DNA of 60,491 nucleotides, filler included, from Sphacelaria rigidula (GCA_964200075.2; 9 parts of 9 records of this genome joined end to end with filler, not necessarily neighbours in it), one strand, 5' to 3'; positions 39,178 through 52,439 are shown, counted from the whole stretch's first letter. Notes: generated by a model not told the origin, from the letters alone. Program-made: numbers and translations.

Positions 39178-40133
39178 TTTTCTGAGGGAGAGGAGACGAG
39201 GGGGGGCGGGGGGCGGGGGGACTGCCGCGGCATCACTCAAGGACGCCTTTTTTTGCTCCAGCGGAGATGAATGTTCAATTGTACACGGGTGATTATAGCG
39301 GAAGTGATGCAAGGCTCAAAAGAGGTTCGGTCAGTAGGCGCATAGCAGCATTTTTTCCATGGAGGGAGGAGGCAAACGGTGCGCCTTTCCCCTTGTATTG
39401 TTGACCTTGTACCCTTCTGCTGCTCTTGCATGCGTTGTGGACTAGAGTCTTGGCATGTATGCACAACTACTGTTGCGATCACTCGTACTTACTGATTTTG
39501 TTGTACTGAGAAATGACAGTATGCTGCTGCTTTGCTGCTGCTTGTGGCTTATACGACGAATAATAGTGACGCGTGGCATATGCGTGGCAACGACGCTTCT
39601 TATGCAAGCTTTTGTCTGTTCACCAGAGGCACCGGCTTCGAAGCCTCGCCCGTTCAGCGTCCACGTAGGGGTCCGGTGCGTGAAAAGTCTAAAATCGAAA
39701 TGTTAGAAGGGCGGCGGTCGCTATGTTGTATGTCGGATTGACTACTTGTATGACATGTAAACCGCTGACGAAGCCAGCAGTACAGGAGCAGGCCCAACCA
39801 TGGACTGCTCGGGAGGCCCGAAACTCTCATGATGTCTTCACCATCGAATTTACGGGACCCTAGGCAACAGTTCTCAACGGTGCAAGAGCTCCACGTAACA
39901 CGAGCCGCTCCGATACCTGTTATCAACCATTAATGTTAGAATTATTATGAATATTATTTTTATTACCTCCGCACATTAGGCCGACCTCTCAAACCCGTGG
40001 TCACAGACGTGGGCTCGTCTTTCCAATACCGACCTGCTTTTCCTTACAAGAGAAAGAGCTCCCACTGTTTTCCCTGAGACTTTGAAAAACAAGGTAAGAA
40101 TGGCCCCACGATAGCCCCCCCCCCCCCTCCCAG

Positions 40134-40297
40134 TCGTACGTTATCACCCACTTTGTTCAAGGTATTCATCAATGACTTGATAATAGCAATAGCAAGGGGT
40201 TCAGGTGGGTGAGGATATGGTATCAGGATTGATGTTCGCGGATGATTTTGTGGGGATTTCAGGAACACCAGAAGGGCTACAGACACAGATAGACAAG
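40134..40297 (+). mobile_element. LINE reverse-transcriptase fragment
   Basis: TLSPTLFKVFINDL ... SGLMFADDFVGISGTPEGLQTQIDK (catalytic FADD); same family as 8798-10400. Confidence 0.85.
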
Positions 40298-40501
40298 NNN
40301 NNNNNNNNNNNNNNNNNNNNNNNNNNNNNNNNNNNNNNNNNTTAATTAATTAANNNNNNNNNNNNNNNNNNNNNNNNNNNNNNNNNNNNNNNNNNNNTGG
40401 ATGACAGCCTACAATGAGTTGCTTTATTTTCTGGTATCGCCACTTCCAGAGACAGCCGCGGCTTGTACACTACCTCATGGGTGGCTCGCCATGGTGAGGG
40501 A

Positions 40502-40812
40502 GGGGGGGTGTACACATAATCTTGCACGCCGTAGTCAAATGACCATTAACCTCGCATCCCGACAAAGCCGGGACGGAGCACGCCGGGGTTTTGCTGGACC
40601 AGGCTCGCAGTCAATCACCAAGCGCGAAGAGCCGTCATGTTATGGGCGAATCGCATGAACGGCGGGCTGCATCGTGCTGAGATTGTTCGGCCCGAAGTGT
40701 ATGGATTATCTTGCGTATGGATGACAGCCTCTTATGAGCTACTTCGTTTTCTGGTATTGCCACTTCCAGAGACAGCCACGGGTTACACACTGTCTCATGG
40801 GTGTCTCACCGT
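40502..40812 (-). mobile_element. Family-B element (~310 bp, probable SINE) with structured C-tailed 3' end
   Basis: Tail shared with 13295-13366, 39134-39177, 47157-47248 and 53699-53760. Its 5' ~95 bp is repeated at 40398-40492. Confidence 0.6.
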
Positions 40813-43605
40813 TTCAACACTATGTGGTATGATCATCCCGTTCGCGTGGAATGGAGGTTCTCTCACCCCGCACAAATGATCTAGCTCGACCACCATCATA
40901 GATATTGCAAAAAAACATCTGGACACTCTTTGATAGTTACCAGCTTCGGAGAGACGTGTCGGCACCCTCCAGTAGCTTCGCCGCCGTATCTTTTTCCATG
41001 CCCAGATAAACAGCTTGCTTCAACAGCTTGTCGCGCGGCAACAGATCGTTCCTGGCAAGCATCGATAATCGCGAATAATGACCTAATAGATCCATATATG
41101 TTGGGGAAAATTCCGTCGACGAAAAGAGGCGAACACATCGAACAGGGAATGTGAAGGACCGGGGCGCCCACATGAGAGAGGACTCCACAGTTTGTGGAGG
41201 AAGACCAAATGTTAACATTACACTGTGTATTGCACACCTCAACACTCGTACGCTAAATACCACCCTCGCAAATGCCACCTCCACGTGATAGAATTTTCGA
41301 TTTTCATGACATATGCTCCCTAGGTGTGTCGGAGTACGTTCCTCGGTTTTATCCCCTTGATATTCGCTGCACCAACAAATATCCGTTGAATGTTGTAATC
41401 AATAGTACGGTAGAGGCGCTACCCCTGTGAGGGGTCCCACTATAGTGCGGCTTCCCACTCAGCGCGATCAAAATCGTCACACGTCCAGTCCGATACTAAA
41501 ACCAAGTGATTACACTGTACCAGTATCGAGCGCGGGGTCCCGGCATAGTGCGGTCGGTCATACCGGGCTGGCGCCCTACCGCACTACGCTATGATCCCCA
41601 CTGTTCTGTGTCGTGGCACGTAGTATACCACCCCCTGAAAAAGTAATGTTGGGTCACGACAAATATTTTCGGATCCCAACTGTCTTCTCCCCACCCGCGG
41701 GGGAGTGTGTACTTACACAAGACGCAAACAATCTTGTTCTGACCTCCACAATGTTAGCATTCAAACAATCTGGCGATCTTCAACGACAAAAAAAAAAACA
41801 CAGAAAAGGCAGCCCCAAAACTGCTCTTCTGCCCACCAGGCCACTGGCATTGCCTCACGAAGGGATTCGCCTCACCGAACATCGATTGAAGATTTCAAGT
41901 GGCACGTGGCAAAAAAGCGAGGTGATGATAACCCGACAGTTCGCTTGCAATGTACAATATATACTGCAGAACGGCGCGAGCTAGGTGTTCGCTTCTGGTG
42001 GAAAGTCTTTCGATGTACTCTTCTTCCACCTGTGGAAAGGAATACAAACGTTGTGGCAATGCAACCTTTTTTTATAGGGACTTCTGCGCCCCGGTGGTCT
42101 CACGGTACAACTGACACTATTCGTTCGGGGCAGGGGCGGCTTCCAATCCCGGCCGGATAAATTTGCGTTTTTGATCGTTTTCATTATCTTTCTAGAGCTA
42201 TGTTTGACACTTGGTTTATGAAGAAAATTATCAGAAACATCCACACCTTGGACAATAAATATATGGCCAATAGTTGCAATAGACAAGAAATATCCTGCGT
42301 AAAGTATATATCCTTGTCTATTGCAACTATTGACCATATATTGTCCAAGGTGTGGAGACATCTTTTTCAAAATAACGCGAACCCTAAGCCTTACCCCAAC
42401 CCAAGGCATACCGAGAACCCTCAGGCGATGGGGGGGTGAAGTGTTCCCTAGGCAGTGTGTGGCTTGGCAGACTTAACACGGCGCCCCAGGCGCCGATTTT
42501 GACGGAAACGCGTTCTGCGCACACGAGGAGCAGCTGAGGCTGTCAGCCCTGCGAAAGACCCCGAATATCGGTGCTTACACTCAAATCAAGTAAAGAAATT
42601 ATGGGGAAGGTTCTAATCGACCAAGTGGTGAGCACTACTGTTTTGTTTTGTTTTCGAATCTGATTTCCGCCATTGAGAACGTGAGAAAATGTTCGCGGGA
42701 AAAAAGCGTCTGTTTGACGAGAATCGACGCGGTGCGGGAGTGTTAGTCATGATCCATGGGTTGCACTTTCGCAGGACCCTCGAAGATCGGTCAAGCCCGT
42801 AAATCGCAGATTTTTTTTCCTTTCGATATTTGTCAAGAGGATTATAACATCTCCAGATCACCATTTTTTGGCATCCAACATTCACCGTGATCAGCGGTGG
42901 CAAGCAAATTTGTTTTTGGAAAGTCTTCCAAGTAACGAAGAAATTACGAATTCCGCAGACTTTTCTGATGCTTACTACTGCAATGTACAAACGGTCGCCC
43001 GTAGTGCGCATGTCGTGATATTTTGATGTGTTCCTTACAGCGGCCACCTTCCGCGAACGAACGAGCTTGTGCTGTGAGCGGTCTAGTTTCACGAGCTGAA
43101 TAGCAACGCCCACAGTTCTTGCCAAGGCACTACAACACTGCGTAAAACGAGCTTCACGAGGTGCTCCTTTCCTTGTTCTGTTGTGCGTACATTTTTCACA
43201 CCCTCTACAACAGCGGTCCCAGCGTACGCACACCATCAGGCGGCTCTCCCCCAGTCTTCGCCGCCGCTTGAATACGTTCAAGCTATGCAATTGGTCAGCT
43301 TCACGGTTCGGGCGAATCATCGCCGGTTCGAATGACCAAATCCACGATATTTCAGGCCTGATTGCCCGAAAGAATGAAAAAACTCGACCGCTGGTCAAAA
43401 GAGGTCTCCACGCATTTTTTGCGCCATTCCGCGTGCCTGGGCTGCGCGTACCTGGGTTGCAACGCTGAAAAGAAAGCTCAAGGATTGATTCGTACGGTAC
43501 GAATCAATAACACTAAACTCAAGTAGCTTCCAGACGACTCACTAATTTGTCCAACCCTTGGTTAGCTTGAAAAGCTCAAATCGAGAACCGTTCCAGGGAG
43601 AATTG

Positions 43606-45101
43606 CACACGAAGGACAGCTCATGAGCTAGCTCATCTACAGGCGGTAGCTCACTTGTAGTCAAACATGTATATGTGAGCTACGTCCGATAGCTCAACAC
43701 AAGGTAAACGTGCGCTGATGAGCTACGAGTTGGTAGCTCACTCAGGACAAAGATGCGTAGCTCATGCAACTCTCATAGCTCACGCAGGGCGAATATGAGC
43801 TGATGAGCTACGGGTTGGTAGTTCACCTATCGCAAACGTGCGTAGCTCATACAGCGCCCATAGCTCACTCAGGGCGAATATGAGCTGATGAGCTACGGGT
43901 TGATAGCTCACGTACGGTAAACATGTGCAGCTCATGTAGCTCTCACAGCCCACCCAGGGGAAACATATGCGGATGAGCTACGCTCGATAGCTCTCTCAAG
44001 GCAAACATGTGTCGCTCACGCAGCTCTTGTAGCTCACCCGGGGAAAACATGAGCGGATGCGCTACGCCCGGTAGCTCACCCCAGGGACACATGTTCGTGG
44101 CTCATTCACGTCATATGCCTAGCTCGCCGCTGGCCTACCCCGTGTCGCTTATGATGTGACATTCTTGTTCGAACGGGTGGCGCCACATATCATTAGGTTG
44201 CGATGTTTTGCCTCACTCTTCGCGATAGAAAGAAAAAAAGCCAAAACATATCCTCGTTCGCTTGGTCGGATGGTTAAAAAAAGTATTAATATTCAGTGTC
44301 AACAATAATCGACCGATTCATTTCTTTTCATCGGTTGGCCGCGAGGGTACGAGTCTATCTGTAAATGCATACGTTTTCCAAGTTAAATTGGAGCCGATTC
44401 AGGTGACTTATGCTCGCCGTCAAGGGGTTAGCCCTTTGACCGCGAGGGTTGGCGATCTTATAAATCAGCATGATTCACTTGATCTTTCGGGTGTGAATTA
44501 TGCCGATTCAGAGACCTCCTACCCTCGCGGTCAGAGGGATAAGCAATCGTAGCTCTCATGGCTCTCATGGGTCATCCAGGGCAATTATTCGCAAATCACC
44601 TAGCTCTCATAGCTCATCCAGAGCAAACATGAGAAGCTCATGCATGTCTCACAGCTCGTCCAGGGCGAACATGTGTAGCTCACGCATGTCTCATGGCTCA
44701 TCCGGGGCAAACATGCGTAGCTCATACATCCCTCGTAGCTCACCCAGGGCGAATATGAGCTGATGAACTACGGGTTGGTAGCACATCCAGGGTAAATATG
44801 CGTAGCTCATGCAGCTCTCATAGCTCACCCAGGACGAATATGAGCTGATGAGCCACGGGTTGGTAGCTCACCTATCGCAAACGTGCGTAGCTGATACAGC
44901 GCCCATAGCTCACCCAGGACGAATGTGAGCCACGATGAGCTACGGGTTGGTAGATCATGTACGGTAAACATGCGTAGCTCATACAGCTCCCATAGCTCAC
45001 CCCGGCAAAAACATCCGTAGCTCATGTAGCGCTCATAGCTCACTTGGGAGCTACGCTTAAAAACAGCTAGCTCGAGCTATAGGGAGCTGATCTGTCCGAC
45101 G
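43606..45101 (+). mobile_element. ~1.5-kb non-autonomous TIR element with two AGCT-rich subterminal arrays
   Basis: Left end CACACGAAGGACAGCTCA matches the reverse complement of the family right end (CACACGTCGGACAGATCA, complete in the copy ending 21051). Arrays at ~43617-44100 and 44549-45045 flank a unique core. Confidence 0.7.
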
Positions 45102-47859
45102 CTTAAAAACAGCTAGCTCGGGTAGGGAGTGGAGGTTGCACAGAAAACCGTACTCGTAATCGGGTATCTTATAAAGAGCGTACCCGTGCCCCCCAGTAAC
45201 GGTACGGGAATCTTACAGAGATTTCAGAACTATCGGGTAAGGGTATGAAAGGCTTACAGAGATTACAGAACTGTCGGGTACCGGTATGACAGTCTTACAG
45301 AAGTCACAACTGTCGGGTACGTTGAATACTCGGCAAAAATACCCCGGGAAAACAGAAAACCGTACCCTACAGAACACAACCTTGGAAAATACCACCCCCG
45401 AAATTACGAGCCGTAAGAAACGATCTAGGAAATGGTTCAGGACACGCTCTCATGTTCAGTTTCGCCGAATGAACAGGATGGAGAATGACTTTCGAGCTTG
45501 TACAAATACCGATATCTGGTGTCAGTGCCTCCGAAGAGACACTCACCGTCAATTTGTAAGGTGTGGTCAATCTAATCGAGCCCGATTCCGTAGAGGGCAT
45601 TTTTTCGGAGGTCCTCTACGAAAACTGGTCAAAATGATGTAATTGTATGCGGTCCGTCAGAGTGCTACGCTGTGCTGTATCAATAACGCACGTGTCAGTC
45701 ACGCCTTTCCGACAGTTTGGAACACCAATTGATTTGAACACCTTGTTTTCAGGAGGAGTGAACGACAACTATATATCCACGCAATGTGATGATTGCACGC
45801 TTGATCGAGTTCGTTGAACCCACCCTGAGTTGATTTTGAAATCGGTGATCGTACTACGTCGCCGGCGTAACATGTAACACTTTGTTCGATCTACAGTCAG
45901 TAGTAGTGTACAGACAGCTATCAGACACCAGCACCCCGTGTATCGGATGTTATCAGTTATAGTCACAACTGTGTTGGACTATACGAGATGGGCACTGGCT
46001 TTACTATACTGGACTGTACAGACTTTGCTGGCAATTCAGCATGGGGCCACGCACAACCGCTTGCACACCTGTAGCGCGATGGCAACTTTGCGCCCGATCC
46101 CGCCTTCTCTCAAAGCCTCCAGCGCTGACGGTTACGCTACCAGTAGTGCTGCCAACGAGCGCGCTGCGTGGCCGTATCATGAAGCTTTGACACAGACAGC
46201 AAAGCTTTAGCGCACCCATGGTTCTGCACCAGAGCATCCATCTCATGTCGGAGTGCTTAGTCGCAAAAGACAGTACGTGTATCGTGAAAGTTGATCTCGT
46301 CGCTACTACTTGCTGACTGAATAACTTGTTTTCTGTCGCATGAGTACCTTAACACATATGCCGCATAATCAGGTAGACTGACATTATCCCAATATCTTCA
46401 GCCGATGTAATTGTATTTATACCTGCGCAAGCAGATTGGCGGAACCTCATGGCAGATTAGAACCAGTTCTGCATGACATTTATTTGTGCAGACCCGCCTG
46501 TCGAACCAACGCTACTACTTTTAAATTCCATGCGCGCACGTGCCGGCCCTGCTGTGCGCGCAGCGCAAGGCTAGCAGCCAGCCGACGACCCAGCTGCTTT
46601 TATGTGTACAGATTGATTGTTATTGGACAATAAGACACTACCGCACAGCGTTGTCCCCAACGCAAATGCGGCCACGGGATTTTTTTTCCAAAACACCAAC
46701 GGCGGCCCTACTTCTCCTCACGAAACTATTCCCTCTTCAATCATTTCGAGAGCTCGAAAAAGCTCCCAAGCAGTTTTTGATGAAAGCCGAAGGAAGCCGA
46801 CGAGAGCATCCTCCTCTCACTGCTCACCTGGTGAGAGCCGTTTCGAATGTGCAAAGGAGACGCATGTGGCTTGGGAAGTCGCAGCAACGAGGCGCGACAA
46901 GGCCAGCTATAGGGGGGAAGTTTCAACACCGAATAAGATCCTTTGTTGGTTTATTCCAAGGGTCGGACAAATAATGATTCGTCTGGAAATTACTTGGTTT
47001 TAGTATGATGAGTCGACTCGTGACGAATCNNNNNNNNNNNNNNNNNNNNNNNNNNNNNNNNNNNNNNNNNNNNTTAATTAATTAANNNNNNNNNNNNNNN
47101 NNNNNNNNNNNNNNNNNNNNNNNNNNNNNCCCCCCTCCCTCAAAAACTAGAAAAAGAAAACCCGGGGTGCTCCACCCCGGCTTTGTAGGGATGCGAAGTC
47201 AATGGTCTTATGACTATGGTATGCATGATCATGGGTACACCCCCCCCCTCAAAACTCAATTTTTCGATCTTGGGGGCTACGTGTCCCGAAATCTTGTCCT
47301 CATAGCTCCCCGCTTCACCACTTCTTCTGTAGTCTACTTCTCTGTTTTCCGTTTCTCCATATTTTTCTATATACATATTAAATGTGTGCTCTTTCCTGCC
47401 GGTGTATGCCAGAGCAGCAGTGTGGTACTTCGCTTCATTGTGCTTCTTCATGGGGTAGAGGGTCCATACCCTAACTAGAGCGTTTGTAGTAGATGAGCTA
47501 TACGTACAATATTTTCCTTTCCCCGGTCTTCCGTTTCCCACGACTCGGCATAAGCGAGGTCCTGCGCAAGACCTTTTCCGCCGAAACCATGTGGCAGAGA
47601 CCAGTCATTCCTCTCTTTACGTTGCTTTGCTTTTAATTTTATTTCTTCTCTTTTTGTTTATTTTCTTTTTTCACGCGTTTAGCCTACTATATATTGTCTT
47701 GTTCTACCTTTTCTGTTTCTTCTTTTTTCTTCTACGAGTGCCTCAGTTTTGTTTTGTCTCGGGTACGTTTATCATGTGACCACGACTGGATCCCTGGGAG
47801 ATCAGCTACAGTAAAGTGCGGTTATCAATAAAAAACAAGTCATAACAGAGGACCCAAGA

Positions 47860-48125
47860 AGGTCGGCCGCCCCCCCAAGCAATGGGAGGATACCCTAAAG
47901 GAGAACCTACGTGCGCTAGGGGCTGTCCCGCACAAGGGAGCCCGACGAACGTGGTTCGTCTACGGTGTAGAGGTCAACGATGTATACGATTGATTGGGTC
48001 ACTGCGGCGAAGGACCTGGGCAAATGGCATGTTGGAGTCGAAAGGGAGCGGAAGAGTTTGAGGACACGTGGCGGCGCGCGGACAAGCGAGAATCAGACCG
48101 ACGTCACAAGCGAGAGGCTGCTACG
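47860..48125 (+). mobile_element. RTE-clade LINE ORF C-terminal fragment
   Basis: GRPPKQWEDTLKENL ... DWVTAAKDLGKWHVGVE with frameshifts. Probable LINE tails (ACCACG(A/G)CTGG...TAAAGTGCG...TCAA) occur at ~47775, ~49390 and ~52865. Confidence 0.7.
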
Positions 48126-48621
48126 TCGAGGGCTGCCAAAATCCTGTCCTCTCATATCGGTTGTTGATTATGTCCTTAGTCGGTGGCTCCGCGGTGCCCA
48201 CTGGTGTGTGTCTGTATCTACTGTACCCTGCTGCCATGAATCCCTTACAGTAGTCAGCGTCAGAAGTATGCAGAATCAGCACTTTCTTAGTTTCTCAAAG
48301 ATTGTCCAAATTGGTTTTGCTTGTCACTTCTCATCACAGTGACTATTAGATGCCAAAAAATGGGCATCCGGAGATATTTTATACCTCTTGAAAAATATTG
48401 AAAGAAAAATATATATGCGATCAATAATGAGTGACTTTCGGGCTTGACCGATCTTCGGGGGTACTGCGAAAATACGACCCCAGGCTCTAGCTTTTCGGTA
48501 TTTTCGGTGGACCAACTTCATCCGGATCATAAAAGTGAAGACTCAAAAAGGATTTTTTATTCGAAATTCCACCTAGTCACTGCGCTAAAGCAGGAAAACT
48601 ATGTTTCTTGGACCGTTTACG

Positions 48622-49110
48622 GTCAATAACACCCTCCTGATAAACGGGGTACCTTACCCGGTATCGTCCCCTCGACACCAACTTGGGCGATTGTGATTTG
48701 AGCATGGTTTGCTTATTTTACCAAAACTTTCGATGCTAGCACTTTCGAGTGCTGATGGAAAATACTATGCGAAAAATTCCCGAAAATAGGCCATCCGTAG
48801 AAAATGCTAGACTGAGGTCTGTCAGTAAAGGAGGGGAACACGATCTCGATCGTTATTGTGAAGAATTTTATACGTATTGATATGTCTGAATATTTACCGT
48901 TTCGTCGCTGAAGAGCGGAAAAACTGCTGGTATTTGACCAAAAACGTTCAATAACACCCTCCTGATAAACGGGGTATCAAGTCCGTATCGCCCCAAAAAC
49001 AAGAATTTGAGCACTGCAGTTTGCGCGCGGCCTACGCTTTCTCCCTAAATCCACCGGCGCTAGCACTTTCAAGTAGTAAAGAATAGTACTCGAGAAAAAC
49101 TCAATAAATA
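48622..49110 (+). repeat. Diverged direct repeat, ~325-bp period
   Basis: TCAATAACACCCTCCTGATAAACGGGGTA at 48623 and 48948, with downstream similarity (GCTAGCACTTTC). Confidence 0.7.
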
Positions 49111-49881
49111 GAACAACTACGAACTCTGAAAACTTCTGACGCTGACTACTATAGGCATTTTTTAATTTGCTTTGTAGTTTCCTCGTGTTTTCCTTTTTCT
49201 TGCTTTAGGTCGGCCATTTATCTCTGCACTTTGCTTGTGTCGATTTTTTATTACTTTTTTTTGCCACGACTTAGTCTGCTATGTCGTTCTGTTCGACCCC
49301 TCTTTTCTTTTTACCCTTTTTTTTCTGTTCCTTTTTTTTTTTTCCTTAGAGCGTGTTTGAATTTCGTTTTTTTTGGGTACGTCTATCATGAAACCACGGC
49401 TGGGGGGTCAGTTAAAGTGCGACAATCAATCAATCAACATAGACTGTAATACATACGTTTCGCGTGCTGATACACCTGTTGCTCAGGTCAGAGAAGTATA
49501 TATATACAATGTGTTGTAAAATAAAACAAAATAGAGCCAGCGTACGCATTTTCCCGGCCGGGCCCCTTCAACCCGTCGTCCTACGTGTGTAAAGGACGAT
49601 CATGTACCCTACCTATCAATGCTATATTACACATGTACAACACATGAGGGCGTCTTGCGTCATGACGTCACTCCACGACCGCGCTTTGATCCATTTTGTG
49701 GCACCCACTTCATGACGTGCCGAGTTTATATGAATCAATACGCACACACACGCCAGCCGCAACACCCGTCACTTCGCTCATACCTACTTGACGTCGGCCG
49801 GGTCCTGTAGACGGTTGCCGTTCCTGCTTGAGATAGCGTAAAGGTTCTTCCTCCCTTTCGATCGAGAGCCGCAGCGGAGAG

Positions 49882-50415
49882 ATGGCCAACACTAGCAGTA
49901 GCACGGGTGGCACCGTGGCCTTGACGGTTATATCCTGCGTGGCATTGTGGAGCCTCTCACGCTATTTTCACGACGATACCATCAGCCCCACCAGTATCTC
50001 CAGCAGCGGCGAGAACTGCAGCAGTGATGGCACAGCGGAATCTGAGTCTGACCTTTTGGAGCTGCTCAAGCGCAGCAGTGGGACAAGCACTACCGACCCA
50101 ACCATGATGCACATTGCAGCCTCACGTGGGCACCTTGCAATCCTGAAATGGGGCAAAGCAAATGGCTGCGCCTGGAACGAGATGACGTGTGCCATGGCCG
50201 CCCATGCGGGACATCTCGAGGCTTTGCGTTGGCTCAAGGCGAATGGCTGTCCCTGGGATGAGATGGCCTGCGCCATGGCTGCCAGGGGCGGGCAACTTGA
50301 GGCACTGCGTTGGCTGAGGGAGAATGACTGTCCTTGGGACGGGATGACTCGCGCCGCAGCGGGAGGTTCCGGCCACACCCAAATCCTGCAATACTGTTTG
50401 ACCAATGGTTGTTGA
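49882..50415 (+). CDS. Intronless ankyrin-like repeat protein (giant-virus-type GHLExLxWLxxNGCPWD repeats) with N-terminal hydrophobic anchor
   Basis: Intact 177-aa ORF with four ~25-aa repeats (AAxxGHLxxLxWxxxNGCxW), a Ser-rich linker and hydrophobic residues 11-27. Confidence 0.85.
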   Translation: MANTSSSTGGTVALTVISCVALWSLSRYFHDDTISPTSISSSGENCSSDGTAESESDLLELLKRSSGTSTTDPTMMHIAASRGHLAILKWGKANGCAWNEMTCAMAAHAGHLEALRWLKANGCPWDEMACAMAARGGQLEALRWLRENDCPWDGMTRAAAGGSGHTQILQYCLTNGC

Positions 50416-51274
50416 AGAGGCAGAGCCCGAAGGTTTTTCATTTGATGGAAGGGTACGAGGGGTGCGCAGGGGCGGGGATGCGGGGCGAATTTGCCACATA
50501 CATGCAGCGTGCGGTTGTGGAAGGGACGAGAGAAAGAGGACGGACGGCACAAGGCTGGGATGGAATAGAGCTGGTGCTTACTCAGGATGCGGTTTAATGC
50601 TGATTGGGTCTAGCTCTTGCGACCTCATGGCGTGATGCAGATGGTATGACCCTCCTGTTTTTGTCCTCTTCTCGATGTGCTGAAAGATGATGACACCGAA
50701 ATCAAGTACTTTTCAACCGGACATTGGGAAGCCGGGTTCACGTGAAAATTCACATGGTGCGGTTTGTTTGTAGACAGTCTGTCTTTGATACCACGGACTG
50801 GATCCAAATCTAGGTTGTTGGTGTAAAATCACTATGGTCATGCGCACTTCTGGCAGTTTATAGTGCTCAGCATACATCGATGCAACCTTGTGAGACCACG
50901 AAGGGGCGGAAGATATACTCCGTAGGCTCCACTTTCTGGATTTTTGTAGGTTTGTTCTCTTCTATTTCAAGTACAGAGAGTTGCATTTGTTGTTGTTGGT
51001 CGAATTTCAGTTGGTAGTTGTGCAGTACCGATAAAACAAAACACGTCCGACGACTGTTTGGCCGTGTCTTGGCAAAAAAAAAAAAAATCGAAGAAGTGCG
51101 GTGAAGAAGAAAACTCCGATCTGATGGATCGCCCTGTCAACGTGATTGACGTGGAAACAGATGATAACTAATACTGACCCCCGTCATACCGGTTTTCTTC
51201 TTTCTCGTTGCTTTTTTTCGGTTGAAGGATAATTTGCGAAGACACCGCCTTAGTTCAAGCCGTGCATGAACGTT

Positions 51275-51885
51275 GAGTTAGCCCTCGTCATTTTGTCCCT
51301 GGAGTCGTGTGAATCGACTGTAAGTCGCCCCTAATATTATTTTTTTAGGCTTGAGTCGCATGAGTCTACTCCGAGTCGTCCCTCATTTTCCGAATTTAGT
51401 CGTATGGTCGACTCTAGTAAGCTCTGACTCATTTTCAGAATTTGGATCTATGAGACGACTCTGAGCCGTGTCTCATTTTCAAATTTTGTGTATGAACCAT
51501 TGCCGAGTCGTACTTCGTTCGTTAACTTCAGAATTCGGCCGCATGAGTCCACTCGCAGGGCTCTCATCAGTGGGTATGTGTTATGTGTGTCGGAAATCGC
51601 CGAATTTTGGGAGGGAGAGACTTTTTCTCCGAATAATGTGATCGTATATTCTTTTACCGGGTCAGGCAACAGATCAATTGATGACTACGACAAGTGACTC
51701 TGGAATTCTAGCCCCGGGTTTTTTCCAGAAAGTTTTTATGTAGAAGTCGGGAAATCCAATTTTTCGGGAACGTCGAAAAATCCCGAAACTTCCGCCTCAG
51801 TTGTTCCTAATTGTCCGAATTGAGTTGTTTGAGTTGACTCGGAGTCGTGCGTCATTTCCTTACTTTGGTCGCATGAGTCGAGTAT
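51275..51885. repeat. GAGTCG/CGACTC-rich degenerate repeat element
   Basis: Recurring GTCGCATGAGTC(G/T)ACTC and CTCATTTTC motifs. Confidence 0.55.
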
Positions 51886-52403
51886 GAAAGGTCCCTCAGT
51901 CGGGAATCACGACCAAAAGAGTGGTTGGACGCGTGAAAAGTGTTGCGCTAGCTTATTTGAGTGCTGTCATGTACAGCAAATATTTAGCCTCTTTTGTCTC
52001 ACACCGTCAGCGATTAGGCTTAACGCTGCGGTATGGGCATCATCGGCGTGGCCGGCGAATGTTCGGTCGTAGGAGTGGCGGCCGTTCGATGCGACTGTAT
52101 GGGTTTAGAATATGAGCATATATACCGGTTGTTGTTGCGCTGCAAGACACGCGAATCAAATTCAGACCGTATGGTTAAACCCACGCTGCACGTGTTCCCA
52201 TGGAGTAGAAGTGTTCGCATGGAGTATATTTTGTCATTTTTTAAAGTGTGGTGATTAGATTAGCTCTCCATACCCCTTCTGTAGTGAACGTTCAGGCATT
52301 TGAAGAGATTGACGCTGTGTGTTTCAGCCGGGTATACTCGAGACGGCTATCGTGTCAAGTCTTGAGTATTTTTGTGCTGGAGTGCACGTGAGCACATGTA
52401 TGT

Positions 52404-52439
<36 letters not shown>

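Noticed and set aside
40748..40772. Hairpin loop TATTGCCACTT resembling the U1A/U2B'' binding loop
   Set aside because: Extra C relative to ATTGCAC, not conserved in the second copy (TATCGCCAC), and no other snRNA features.
40937..41284. Protein-like minus-strand ORF (..LLKQAVYLGMEKDTAAKLLEG..)
   Set aside because: No recognisable domain and no convincing splice acceptor.
42613..43398. 261-aa minus-strand ORF
   Set aside because: Spans dispersed repeats (homology to 13467-13600 and to the SINE motif at 42725); no domain and atypical composition.
49968..50552. 194-aa and 142-aa minus-strand ORFs
   Set aside because: Antisense to the ankyrin-repeat gene.
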